Part shown: one piece after another, positions 33,129 through 42,608 of the stretch
How positions within the stretch are numbered: the stretch's first letter is position 1
Layout of the letters: every line of letters begins with the position of its first letter
DNA from: Bacteroidota bacterium
GTDB taxonomy: Bacteria; Bacteroidota; Bacteroidia; NS11-12g; UBA955
Assembly: GCA_040386935.1 (NCBI GenBank)
Contig: JAZKEQ010000006.1
Location: 42,482-106,481, forward strand
Length of the DNA stretch: 64,000 nucleotides
Reading direction: 5' to 3'
Translations under genes and position numbers: made by a program
The notes under the pieces: generated by a model
The model's database searches: none
Seen by the model: the letters and a program-made list of their open reading frames with translations, nothing else
What the model was told of the DNA's origin: nothing

Positions 33129-33446
33129 CTACAGTAAATGGTAGTACCAATTATTGCCTCGTTCAAGGTTAATCGATATTTCAATATAAAGATATAAAAT
33201 GGCAAGGATAAGAGCAATTATATTTAGTATTAGTAAAAATAAACTTCGATTATTTTTCTTCATTAAAGCACGTGATGCTGTTAATAAAGAACCATTGATA
33301 ATCATACTAATGAACATAGGGATAATAGAGTAGTATGGTCCACCAAAATGCTTAAAATGCCATATGGTCCTCGGTATAAAGTAAATGTTCAATAATATGA
33401 GCAATATTGAAATTAGAAGGTTTATTTTACTGATGGTTTGTCTCAT
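33129..33446 (-). CDS. Small membrane protein (array cargo)
   Basis: Three hydrophobic segments; ATG at 33446, longer ORF runs through the repeat. Confidence 0.55.
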   Translation of the reverse strand: MRQTISKINLLISILLILLNIYFIPRTIWHFKHFGGPYYSIIPMFISMIINGSLLTASRALMKKNNRSLFLLILNIIALILAILYLYIEISINLERGNNWYYHLL

Positions 33447-33461
33447 ATAGGTGTTTTTTTT

Positions 33462-33514
33462 ACCTCTGTTGGTGTTGTGCCTGGCCTCCCGAAGTTTCAG
33501 GACCAGCAATGGCG
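33462..33514. repeat. Hairpin repeat, collapsed A/B hybrid
   Basis: ACCTCTGTTGGTG...CCCGAAGTTTCAGGACCAGCAATGGCG. Confidence 0.75.
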
Positions 33515-33544
33515 AAAGTTGAAGCTACTTGTTGTTTTATTTTG

Positions 33545-34177
33545 TTACATCCCAATAATATTTTCTAATTCTTGGTCATCATAATTACCATAGATACCAC
33601 CTTTGGCTCTTAAATATTCTAAAATTGTTCTGTCGTCAAAATTATGAGCTTCTTTTATTCCTTCACTAATTGTTTTAATGTAATTTGTACTCGGTTTTGT
33701 AAAAGGTTGCAAGTCATTTTCATTTGTCAAAGTAAAAACAGGATAACCATGTTGTTCGCCTAAGTATAATATATTGCCATACCACGATGGTCGCTTAAAT
33801 ATAAAAGAGCAGTCACTAATCGCTTTGTCGAAGTCTATTGTTAATTCAGTTTTTGTGTTTGTTTCTTGTCTTGCTATATCAATTAATTGACCTTTTGTAA
33901 TCAAATACATCCTCCCAATAGTAGAAGCTTGTGGTTCAAACACAGTCCTAATAAATGCAATACCACCATTGTCCCAATTACTCGAAGCTTTGGAAAAATA
34001 AAGTTCAGAAGAAATATAGCAGTCTTCATTTTCAGCTGGTAAAGTCTTGTCACTACAACCTTCATAAATTGTTTTTGCTCCTTTAGGTTGTCCACCTTTG
34101 ATGTAGCAAAGAAAACGTTCTTCTAAAATGTTTGAGCCATAACAAGCATACCAAACTTTATCTTGTAGATTTGTCAT
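33545..34177 (-). CDS. Hypothetical protein, GGCT-like N-terminal motif
   Basis: VWYACYGSN..RF.CYI.GG.P. Confidence 0.65.
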   Translation of the reverse strand: MTNLQDKVWYACYGSNILEERFLCYIKGGQPKGAKTIYEGCSDKTLPAENEDCYISSELYFSKASSNWDNGGIAFIRTVFEPQASTIGRMYLITKGQLIDIARQETNTKTELTIDFDKAISDCSFIFKRPSWYGNILYLGEQHGYPVFTLTNENDLQPFTKPSTNYIKTISEGIKEAHNFDDRTILEYLRAKGGIYGNYDDQELENIIGM

Positions 34178-34193
34178 GAAAATTAATTTTTTT

Positions 34194-34238
34194 GTTGCTG
34201 TTAGTGTTTTGTGACATGTATGTATTGTCTCTAACAGC
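34194..34238. repeat. Hairpin repeat, A arm only
   Basis: GCTGTTAG...CTAACAGC, abutting stop codon of the TPR gene. Confidence 0.75.
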
Positions 34239-35972
34239 TTACAATATCCTCGAAGTAGAAATTTTAATATCAGCGTATTTCCAGGCGGCTTCAAAACGTT
34301 TTTTTGTTTCAGCGTATTTTATTTTGTCGCCCAGTTTTTCATATACATTCATTAGTCCCCTTAATGCCCATCCGTTTTCGCGGAAGGTAATCAAATCTTC
34401 ATCATACACCTTTTTAGCCTCCTGATATTTTCCGGCATCTATCAATACTGCACCCAAATGATGGCGAACAGAAAAGAACCAATCCGGTGGCTCATCATAG
34501 TTGAGTTTATCTTCCATTACAACGGCATCTGTAAGAAGTATAATGGCTTTTGAATAATTGTTTTCTTTTGCATTGATTTCTCCTTCCAATACTTGTGAGG
34601 CTATTGAACACAAATCATACACACTGTTGATACCCCAAATGGTCAGTGTTTTAATAGCAGTATCAGTCATTATTTTTTTCATGGCAGCCAGATGTTCCCT
34701 TGCTTTAGCCGGTTTATTTTGTGAGAGCAAAGCCATGCCCTGTGCATAATGCCAGATGACTGATGGATATTTCAAATCCTTGTCGGGGGCGGGCGAACCA
34801 AGAATAGTAGACCATAAGCCAAGTTTTGTTTCTGTATACCATGGTATGGCATAATAATGTTGCAAGGTGGCCCAGGCAGGGTCGCGCATTAATTTTTTAT
34901 GGGCATGATCAGCTGTTTTATAAGCGCCTAGCATGGCTACTTTGCTTTCACCGCAAAGCGTGGCACAAGCAGAAATGAAGTGATAATTGTGCGGGTAATA
35001 GGCGAGGGGATACACGCCTTGTGCATGGCAGGTTTCCACATACTGGCTATCTACGAGTACGGCTTTTTGATTGGCTGTAACGCCATCGTGATACCGTCCG
35101 GTTCTTATATAGGTGTGCGAAGGCATGTGCACCAGGTGACCTGATCCGGGCACCAAATCGCGCAACAAATCTGCACTGGCCATGGCATCTTCGGCATGTA
35201 GCGACATTTCTACCGCATGTATGTAAAAATGATTGGCCCCTGCATGCCTCGGTTCCATCTGCAAACATTTTTCGAGCACTGCTAATATTTCGGGTGTCCA
35301 TGGCTGAACAGTGCCGTCTTTATTCCATAAATTCCATGGATGCAAATCCATCAACGATTCTGCAAATAGGGAAGCAATAGTAACATCCTGAGCATATTTT
35401 TTGTAAACCTTTCGCATGGCTGCCGAATAGGCTATATCGAGCTCTGCACGGGTTATAGTGGTGTCGTTTGAATAGCGGTGTGTTAATGCCTCAATTAGAT
35501 CCTTTTCTTTCTGAGTGCATGAGGCCGACAATGATTTGGCCTTTTGCACAGCATCATAGGCACGAATGAAATTATCCTGCTCCATGCCGGCATTGTAATT
35601 CGGCCCCAACACATAACCATAGCCCCACCAGCACATGGCACATGCTGAATCCTGGCGTGCTGCTTCATAAAACGAACGCGCAGCTTCGGCATGATTAAAA
35701 GCGAATGACAACATGAGCCCTTGGTCGAAATATTGTTGGGCTTCCTTGTTTTTGGTTGATATGGCAAAATGCATCCCTCCCAGACCATCAAACAGGGGTG
35801 CTTTCTTACCCGAAGTATACCATGCTGTATCTAAAATCTCAGGCGCACAACAACCGTATTGGGTAGATGCTTCATCACCTTTAGCCCCTTGTTGTTTATT
35901 GCCTGTTTTCTGTTGGCATGAGGTGAAAATAAAAATAGATAGCCCAATTAAAGTGAAGCGTAGTTTTTTCAT
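34239..35972 (-). CDS. TPR-containing lipoprotein
   Basis: FTSC lipobox; FDQGL..FNH.EA, LGPNYN, HLVHMPSH, YDEPP.W. Confidence 0.8.
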   Translation of the reverse strand: MKKLRFTLIGLSIFIFTSCQQKTGNKQQGAKGDEASTQYGCCAPEILDTAWYTSGKKAPLFDGLGGMHFAISTKNKEAQQYFDQGLMLSFAFNHAEAARSFYEAARQDSACAMCWWGYGYVLGPNYNAGMEQDNFIRAYDAVQKAKSLSASCTQKEKDLIEALTHRYSNDTTITRAELDIAYSAAMRKVYKKYAQDVTIASLFAESLMDLHPWNLWNKDGTVQPWTPEILAVLEKCLQMEPRHAGANHFYIHAVEMSLHAEDAMASADLLRDLVPGSGHLVHMPSHTYIRTGRYHDGVTANQKAVLVDSQYVETCHAQGVYPLAYYPHNYHFISACATLCGESKVAMLGAYKTADHAHKKLMRDPAWATLQHYYAIPWYTETKLGLWSTILGSPAPDKDLKYPSVIWHYAQGMALLSQNKPAKAREHLAAMKKIMTDTAIKTLTIWGINSVYDLCSIASQVLEGEINAKENNYSKAIILLTDAVVMEDKLNYDEPPDWFFSVRHHLGAVLIDAGKYQEAKKVYDEDLITFRENGWALRGLMNVYEKLGDKIKYAETKKRFEAAWKYADIKISTSRIL

Positions 35973-36071
35973 TTGAATGATGGGTTTAATTACACAAATT
36001 AAAATAAAAATATTGGAAAGTTTCTTTGTTTACAATATCGGGAAGTTATTGTGTGTATTGAAGCTGTGATG

Positions 36072-36190
36072 TTTGCCACTCATGTACCCAGCTTGCAGGA
36101 GGTAAGCATAAGCCACGCTCTGGTTTTCAATACTCCGGAATACGGCATGGAGAATACGGTAAAGAAGTATTTGAATCAGTCGGGGTTGGG
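36072..36190 (+). pseudogene. pdxJ: Diverged duplicate of the pdxJ 3' end
   Basis: Ungapped match to 33002-33120; VPSLQEVSISHALVFNTPEYGMENTVKKYLNQ vs VPGLLEVSIGHALVCDALEYGMANTVKMYLNQ. Confidence 0.88.
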
Positions 36191-36298
36191 TGAGATTAGT
36201 GTTTTGCAGCTTGAAGAAGTAGCTGATTCAGTTGCGTAGGTTTCTTTTATCAATGAATTAATAATTTCTTGGTGGTGACGTTATACCAGAATATCTTA

Positions 36299-39200
36299 TC
36301 ATAGCAAATATCTTCGTTTGTGGTTTTTGCCTATTTTTTCAATTATTGTTTTTAAGTTATTATGTTCAACACCTGTGGTGCTTTTTAACAATGTCAGCAT
36401 ACGCTCAGTAACAAATTTTTCAGTTGCAATATCAGCTAATATACTACCCGTAAAATAATGATCCATTTTCTTTGATTTAAGTTCTCCTAATAGATATGAT
36501 AAAGTTTCTTCTGTAAAATCCTCTAATTTTAGGTCATTCATTCTTCTTAAAATTATTTGACTTAATATTTTACGGTATTTAGATTTCGGATTATTAAACT
36601 CTGAAATAAATTCTTGACGTTTGTCTTTAGAGATATATGAAGTAATTACCATTGGCACCCTATTTGTAAACATCCATTCATCCCTCTTTGATTTAATATA
36701 TTCATCAAACCATTCAAGCCACCAATTTATAGGGCCAATGTCGAAAATCAGATTGCTTTCATTGTCGTTATAAATAACCAAACAATCACATAAATAATAT
36801 GCTAATTTTAAATTTTTGAGTTTCAAAAGCTGTACGAATAATTTTTCTTGACCAATCCAGTTTAATTTATCCATATGAGATAGTAACTCAAAGTTTTCCT
36901 TTTGTAGGTCTTTCGAGTCTAGTTTTAATAAATCTTCTAGAGCTTGATATACTGAAGTATGTTCTTTTGAAGTAGAAATAGAATAAAACAGCGCAGCTTT
37001 TAAAACTCCACTACTTTTAATTATATTTTCCACTGCATATTTTTTTAAATCTCCTCTTTTTAAAAAAATATTATATAATGAACTTAATGCCCAATCTGAA
37101 ATTTCACTTTTATTTTTTTTAACAATTGTGATTAAAGATTTTATGTGTTTAGGTTTGAAAATGGAATAATCAATATTGTCATCCTCTTTAGAAAAACTAA
37201 GTATAAAATAAATTTCTACAACAACTTTATCTATCCCTGATGACAAAAGTTCTATACAAATCTGAAGCCCTTCATTATTATTGCAATCTCGTAAGTAGTG
37301 ACACAAAACATCAAGTTGTACTAGTTGTTCCTTAGGTTTTAAGTTTTTATTATAGAAGGCGGAAATAACTTTTGAAGGGCTGAAACCATACATTATATAA
37401 CCTAATGCTGAATCAAAACCGCCATATTCTTTTGTTATTCCAGTATCAAATTTCACTTGTACTTTTTTGCAAAGAACTAAAAGGCTAGGAATATCATCTT
37501 CTGTTACATACCTCTTAATGCTTAGTCCTATTCTAGTACAAAAATTATAGTCATCACAAGAATTGACTAATAAATCAAATGCTTCTGTTTTGAAATTATC
37601 TCCAAGCAATTCTATCATACAAGCAGCCGCTGCCCCACCCAACATATTACCCTTATTAATTATTTGCGTCAGCGTGTTGACATGTGACTCTGCTAGAGGT
37701 AAGCTGTGGCTTATTTTATCTCCAATTTGACTTTGCCATACAAAATCTTTAGAAGTTGCAGTTTCAATTTCATTTAAAAGACGCTCAACAATTTCTTCTG
37801 TATTTTCTTCTAAATACTTTATAGCAGATAATGCTAACTCAAAGTCTATATCTATAACGGTATTTAAAAACTTTTCAGCATTCTCTTTTTTTAATAAACT
37901 TAAACAGAGAAATAGTGCCTGATCCCAACGTCTGAAACTTAGTTTTTTCGTTAGAATATTATTATTTTCCACAAAGAGTTCTGAAAGTCGTTTTGCTGCC
38001 AAATATTCTGTTACAGATTGGTGGAAAAAGCAAATTCTTTCATTAATAATAGGGATCAGAAAATCTTGACTTACCATCCAGTTTATTATATCTAAACTTG
38101 TGATAGTGGTATTTGGAGTTTTCTTTAATTCTAAATCAATGTGTCGTTTTAATATTTCTATTTTAAATGCTTCCTCACCATTGTCAAGAGCTTCCATAGC
38201 AACTATAGATAATGAATCTAAAAGATTAATGTTGACATTAAATCGGTCATTAAGTCTTTTATTTATTAAGTTTACTAAACTCAGGTAGATTTTCTGAGGG
38301 TTAGTTTCAGCTTCAATTTCGAATTTATTCTCAAATATGAGTTTATAGAAAAAAGGTTTTTGCAATAAAGCTATTATTTCATTTCTAAACAAACCTTTTA
38401 GTTCGATTTGATTTTGTGATAAGCTTGTTTTAATAAAATCTTCTTCAATAGAATCTAGGTTAAATCCTGGAAACTCTAAATCTTCCAATCCATCAATAGT
38501 TCGAGATGAAATTACTATTGATAAATTATATTTTTCCAATAGGTTTGAAAAATCAGAATTCCAAGTTTTTGACTCAATGTATTCCTTTGGAATTTCATTG
38601 AAAGCATCTAGATATAATTTAACTTTTAGGGTTGAGCACAAAAGTGCAAAATTTATTCTCGTTGGAATGTTTTGCTCAATTAATTTGACAAGATTGCCTT
38701 CGTAAAGTTTTAAGTCTACATAAATCGGAACTATAGTTTCATTGATTCTTATTGAATCATCAATGCAATCTTTACTTAATTTTTTTGATAGTCTAGCTAT
38801 ACTAGCTTTAAGTGAATAACTTTTACCTCCTCCTGGTAGTCCTATGAGAATAATTTTATCCGGCCCTTTATCAAGTAGTTCTTCAATTGCTGCTTCATAA
38901 AATCGAAAATTAAATTTTCCTTTTTTGTTATCTTCAATTGGATGCACAACAAGTGGAAGATGTAATTTGGAAGTTTCAAAACTAAAATACTTTGCTGAAT
39001 GCCTGTTTAAACTAAGTATAAATTCTGAATTTAAAATAGATGTTGGACTAGTTGTATTCGTTTCGGGAATTTTTAAATCATCTAAGAGCTTAAGGATTGG
39101 AGAGTGATCTCTTTTTCCATTTGGTTTTGGAATTGTTTGGTAATCTATTAAGTGGATTCCAAAATTTCTACGCCAATAATCTTTTTCCTGTTCACCAATA

Positions 39201-39898
39201 TCAGACATAATTGCATAATGATCTCTTGCCCCTCCTTTGTACGTATTAATTAATAAATCTTTCAAATACAAGAAATCAGGATCCCTCAACCCAAATCCAA
39301 TATATACTATCGGCCTACTTAGCATAAGAGCTTTTGTGGTTTCCATTGCATGAAGAAGTTCACCTCCTGTATTTAAAGCCCTGTATTGCTCTCTTGTTAA
39401 TATAATACTATCGGAATTTTCTGCATCTCCATGAAGCTTAAAAAGAAAGTTGTTTGCTCTTGCACCCACTATTTCAGCTGTTTCTGTTAGCTGTGTATTT
39501 ATGACAGTTCGAAAATACGTACCATGCTTCCATTTTTGAAAGCTTAATTCTAATAACTTATCATAGTTTGTAGTTATGTAGCAGGTTGGACCCAATTCTA
39601 CAATTTTATTATGAATATCGTGGGGAGTTGCGGTTCCTAGACGGCTTACTTTTCTAATGAATTGTGCAAAGTGCGGTTTAGTTAACTTGTCAAAACCATA
39701 ACTTGCAGCTTGTAAAAGATCTCCTCTTTTTAATTCTTGCTCTGTTAAGGTTGCATCCAAGCCACTTTCCTTTATAAAATCTATAAGTTCTTGAATTAAA
39801 CCAGTCCAAGATGGTAGTCCTGACCAAAGAGAGACTCCTGAACCTATAAATATGACAGTATCTTCTTGTCTGAGTGTTTTTTTTAAATTTTCAATCAT
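36299..39898 (-). CDS. SIR2-like domain fused to NACHT/STAND NTPase (putative antiphage NLR-like protein)
   Basis: FIGSGVS, ITTNYD, KLHGD, IGFGLRDP; Walker A GLPGGGKS, Walker B LYLDAFNE, FFHQSVTEYLAA. Confidence 0.85.
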   Translation of the reverse strand: MIENLKKTLRQEDTVIFIGSGVSLWSGLPSWTGLIQELIDFIKESGLDATLTEQELKRGDLLQAASYGFDKLTKPHFAQFIRKVSRLGTATPHDIHNKIVELGPTCYITTNYDKLLELSFQKWKHGTYFRTVINTQLTETAEIVGARANNFLFKLHGDAENSDSIILTREQYRALNTGGELLHAMETTKALMLSRPIVYIGFGLRDPDFLYLKDLLINTYKGGARDHYAIMSDIGEQEKDYWRRNFGIHLIDYQTIPKPNGKRDHSPILKLLDDLKIPETNTTSPTSILNSEFILSLNRHSAKYFSFETSKLHLPLVVHPIEDNKKGKFNFRFYEAAIEELLDKGPDKIILIGLPGGGKSYSLKASIARLSKKLSKDCIDDSIRINETIVPIYVDLKLYEGNLVKLIEQNIPTRINFALLCSTLKVKLYLDAFNEIPKEYIESKTWNSDFSNLLEKYNLSIVISSRTIDGLEDLEFPGFNLDSIEEDFIKTSLSQNQIELKGLFRNEIIALLQKPFFYKLIFENKFEIEAETNPQKIYLSLVNLINKRLNDRFNVNINLLDSLSIVAMEALDNGEEAFKIEILKRHIDLELKKTPNTTITSLDIINWMVSQDFLIPIINERICFFHQSVTEYLAAKRLSELFVENNNILTKKLSFRRWDQALFLCLSLLKKENAEKFLNTVIDIDFELALSAIKYLEENTEEIVERLLNEIETATSKDFVWQSQIGDKISHSLPLAESHVNTLTQIINKGNMLGGAAAACMIELLGDNFKTEAFDLLVNSCDDYNFCTRIGLSIKRYVTEDDIPSLLVLCKKVQVKFDTGITKEYGGFDSALGYIMYGFSPSKVISAFYNKNLKPKEQLVQLDVLCHYLRDCNNNEGLQICIELLSSGIDKVVVEIYFILSFSKEDDNIDYSIFKPKHIKSLITIVKKNKSEISDWALSSLYNIFLKRGDLKKYAVENIIKSSGVLKAALFYSISTSKEHTSVYQALEDLLKLDSKDLQKENFELLSHMDKLNWIGQEKLFVQLLKLKNLKLAYYLCDCLVIYNDNESNLIFDIGPINWWLEWFDEYIKSKRDEWMFTNRVPMVITSYISKDKRQEFISEFNNPKSKYRKILSQIILRRMNDLKLEDFTEETLSYLLGELKSKKMDHYFTGSILADIATEKFVTERMLTLLKSTTGVEHNNLKTIIEKIGKNHKRRYLL

Positions 39899-39998
39899 AT
39901 AAATAAGTTTGTGTTAAATGAAATTACTAAAAACTAGCACATGATTTCATTCAAACTAAGGTGGAAATATCTTTGTTGAATTTTATTTTCAGAATCCC

Positions 39999-40043
39999 CG
40001 CAATATACCCAAAATCCCCATTATCCCAATTTTTCTACAAAAA
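39999..40043 (-). promoter_or_regulatory. Repeated promoter module (type C) upstream of SIR2-NACHT
   Basis: Minus strand TTG-N19-TATATTGC; near-identical copy at 54334. Confidence 0.7.
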
Positions 40044-40225
40044 ACCTGCAAGCACTAAACATCTATTTTATTGCAACTAGGGGCAATTTGATAAAGTTTC
40101 TCTGCTATTTTATTGCGCTAGGCCCTTATTTGGTAAACCTTAGCAGCTATTTGGGAGTGGTGAGGGGTGTTAAGGAAAGGCCGTTCCCTTTCCCGGTAAT
40201 TGCGAGGGCTTATATTTTTTTCAAA

Positions 40226-40435
40226 ACAGTCACTATTGTTGGCTTAGTAGTCAATTACATTAGTAAGGAAGTAAGTATTGTTAGCATGGTCGTCAAAAAT
40301 GTTAGCAAGGAACTCACTCTTGTTAGCATGGTAGTCACTATTGTTGGCATGGGAGTCAGTTAGGTTGGTAGGGTAGTCAATAATGGTGGCAGGGTCGTCA
40401 ATATTGTTGGCGTGGTAGTAAAAAATGTTTGCCAA
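40226..40435 (+). repeat. Ten degenerate tandem 21-bp units, consensus about GTAGTCAnTATTGTTRGCAWG
   Basis: Units start at 40226, 40247, 40268 ... 40415 with no indels. Confidence 0.85.
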
Positions 40436-40486
40436 ACACAATATTATGCAAAATAGTGGTTGTATAATGAACTAACTCTACTGATT

Positions 40487-40867
40487 ATGATAGGATTTTA
40501 TGTAAAAGAATTTATGCGAATGAAAGGCCATTCTAAGCCCCGTGTGTTCACCCTTCGCAAATTAGAAATTGGGCAAACGGCTGCCTACAACATTATGTTT
40601 AACAGGGCCAAAGAAATTAAACTCAAAGACCTGGAGACCCTGTGCATGTACCTGAACTGCACCCCTAACGACATACTGAACTATACCCCCGATAACCGTG
40701 TGCTACACAAGGGGCATGAGCTATTCAAACTGATGAAAAACCCTAATCCGCAATATCCGGCAGGATGGATGGTGGCCCTGGGCCCCGAAAAACTACTGGA
40801 AGCCAGCGATTACCTGCGCCAACTGGCCATGAAACAAAATGAGGAAAACGAGAAGAAGGAGAGGTGA
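40487..40867 (+). CDS. Cro/C1-type HTH DNA-binding protein
   Basis: IKLKDLETLC.YLNCTPNDIL; only plus-strand gene inside the array. Confidence 0.82.
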   Translation: MIGFYVKEFMRMKGHSKPRVFTLRKLEIGQTAAYNIMFNRAKEIKLKDLETLCMYLNCTPNDILNYTPDNRVLHKGHELFKLMKNPNPQYPAGWMVALGPEKLLEASDYLRQLAMKQNEENEKKER

Positions 40868-40870
40868 GGG

Positions 40871-40908
40871 GGCGCTGTTAGTCCCGAAACATCGTGAACA
40901 GCTTATAC
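40871..40908. repeat. Hairpin repeat, A arm plus spacer start
   Basis: GGCGCTGTTAGTCCCGAAACATCGTGAACAGCTTATAC. Confidence 0.78.
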
Positions 40909-40949
40909 AATTACAATTGAAGCACAAAGTTCCATGTCTGAATATATTT

Positions 40950-41543
40950 TTATCCGGCTTCGCCTCGCCAAAAGTCAGATATTCTATCGCCATTTATACT
41001 AAAATAATAAACTACAGATGATTCATGGCACCATTCAACATAAAATACATTGACGATAATAAGTCGAAATCTACAATTTTTTTTTTCGAATGAAATAGAA
41101 ATATTGTCTTTGCATGGTTTTGGATCTTTACCCATTGAGGAATCAATATTAAAATTATATTCTTTTTCAAATTCTCTAGTTTTGACAAACTGGTCTTTAT
41201 TTATGTCCTTAATAAATTTGTCAAGGAGCTTTGGTGTAATGTCAAAACTATAGAAAGTGTCCTCGCCATTAGAATAATGAACTTTTCTTATTGAGTCGAT
41301 TTGATGAAATAAGCTAGCTTGAATTTTTTTGTCCTTTAATTTTAAAAAGTCTAATGCTGTTTTGTTACAGGGTATGCTAACTATTTGAGGATCTTCCGTA
41401 GGTACCAAATGTTCTTCATTATGGGTTTTACTAGAGTCAGTAGTTAATTTAATTGTGTCTGAGGCAACAGGAGCTTCTGTTTTTTGATTGTTGGTACAAC
41501 CAATTTGAAGAAATATTGACGCTATAATTATTAATTGACGCAT
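40950..41543 (-). CDS. Hypothetical lipoprotein (array cargo)
   Basis: QIGC lipobox. Confidence 0.65.
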   Translation of the reverse strand: MRQLIIIASIFLQIGCTNNQKTEAPVASDTIKLTTDSSKTHNEEHLVPTEDPQIVSIPCNKTALDFLKLKDKKIQASLFHQIDSIRKVHYSNGEDTFYSFDITPKLLDKFIKDINKDQFVKTREFEKEYNFNIDSSMGKDPKPCKDNISISFEKKNCRFRLIIVNVFYVEWCHESSVVYYFSINGDRISDFWRGEAG

Positions 41544-41555
41544 ACTCGTTTTATT

Positions 41556-41657
41556 ACAGCTGTTTGTACGAAACTTCGGGAACAGCTTATACTACTCCAA
41601 ACATAAGTAATTATTTTTCACTTTTATGTTTCTTGTTACCGCACGGGTAGGGTATTA
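41556..41657. repeat. Hairpin repeat, A arm plus long spacer
   Basis: CGAAACTTCGGGAACAGCTTATACTACTCCAAACATAAG...GGGTAGGGTATTA. Confidence 0.9.
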
Positions 41658-41664
41658 AAATTCG

Positions 41665-42075
41665 TTAGTCCTGTCCTAAAAAATCGAATTTACCTGTAAG
41701 TTTATTTATATAGCCAAATTGACTATTGTTGTATGTAATAGCAATAATCTGTTTGTTCTTGTTATAACTGTCTGTTTCAAAAACAAAGTAAACTATTACT
41801 GGTCTTTGTACTCTATATGCTTCAATTTTTGCATCAACAACAGGGTCTGTTTTCCATAGCTGATTCCCATTTGTGTCAATTGCTGTTATGTAAATTCTTG
41901 CAGTGTCTATGATAAATTTAACACCTGTTGTACTGTCAATTAAGGTGTCTTTTTGAATATTGCTTTTTAGTGTAGAGCGCCCAACATATTGCCCCTTAGC
42001 TATTGTCGGAATTAACAATATAAATAGGAGACTCACTAATGCAATTGTATATCGAATTGGGTTATGTCTTTTCAT
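41665..42075 (-). CDS. Hypothetical exported protein (array cargo)
   Basis: Signal peptide from MKRHNP. Confidence 0.65.
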   Translation of the reverse strand: MKRHNPIRYTIALVSLLFILLIPTIAKGQYVGRSTLKSNIQKDTLIDSTTGVKFIIDTARIYITAIDTNGNQLWKTDPVVDAKIEAYRVQRPVIVYFVFETDSYNKNKQIIAITYNNSQFGYINKLTGKFDFLGQD

Positions 42076-42094
42076 AAGGGCTATTTTTGTTTTT

Positions 42095-42142
42095 GCCGCT
42101 GTTGGTGTTTTGTGCTCAGCTTGAGGGTTGGTCACCAACAGC
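42095..42142. repeat. Hairpin repeat, A arm with long loop
   Basis: GCCGCTGTTGGTG...CACCAACAGC. Confidence 0.88.
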
Positions 42143-42208
42143 TTTTAAATGGTCAGGGTTATGTGCATTCGGTATAAGTTTTCCTACTATTTTTGATTCC
42201 ATGGGTTT

Positions 42209-42478
42209 TTAGGCTTCCAATGCTATAATTTTTTCAGCAATATTCAAACTATGTTCCATATTGCTCGACAGGCCCATTCTATCTGTTACTACTAAGTCAA
42301 GAAATTTAGCTATTTCTGTTTTGGTAGCACCTTTTATTTTCAACTGATAAACTTGAGGTAAATAGCCGTAGTATTCATCTCTCGCATTTTTTTTATCATC
42401 GTTCACTCCTATCGGATCCCAATCATTCCAAAGGATTTCATCAATTAATTTATAAAGTTTAGAGTTTTTAGTAATCAT
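42209..42478 (-). CDS. Small DUF1871-like protein
   Basis: ILWNDWDPIGV..RDEY..Y. Confidence 0.65.
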   Translation of the reverse strand: MITKNSKLYKLIDEILWNDWDPIGVNDDKKNARDEYYGYLPQVYQLKIKGATKTEIAKFLDLVVTDRMGLSSNMEHSLNIAEKIIALEA

Positions 42479-42492
42479 TTTATTCGATTGTT

Positions 42493-42595
42493 TTACACTA
42501 CTCCAAACTTAAGTATTTATTTTTCACTTTTGTATTTCTTGTTACCGTATGGGTAGGGTATTATTGTTCCCGAAGGTTCAGGACCAACATTGATG
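42493..42595. repeat. Hairpin repeat, long spacer plus B arm
   Basis: TTACACTACTCCAAACTTAAG...ATTGTTCCCGAAGGTTCAGGACCAACA. Confidence 0.9.
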
Positions 42596-42608
42596 AATAT
42601 GCCATTTG

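Noticed and set aside
36051-36239. 62-aa ORF as an independent gene
   Set aside because: It is the read-through frame of the duplicated pdxJ 3' end
40088-40441. ORFs 40088-40363 (+) and 40244-40441 (-) as real proteins
   Set aside because: Low-complexity translations of the 21-bp array; a short coding role cannot be fully excluded
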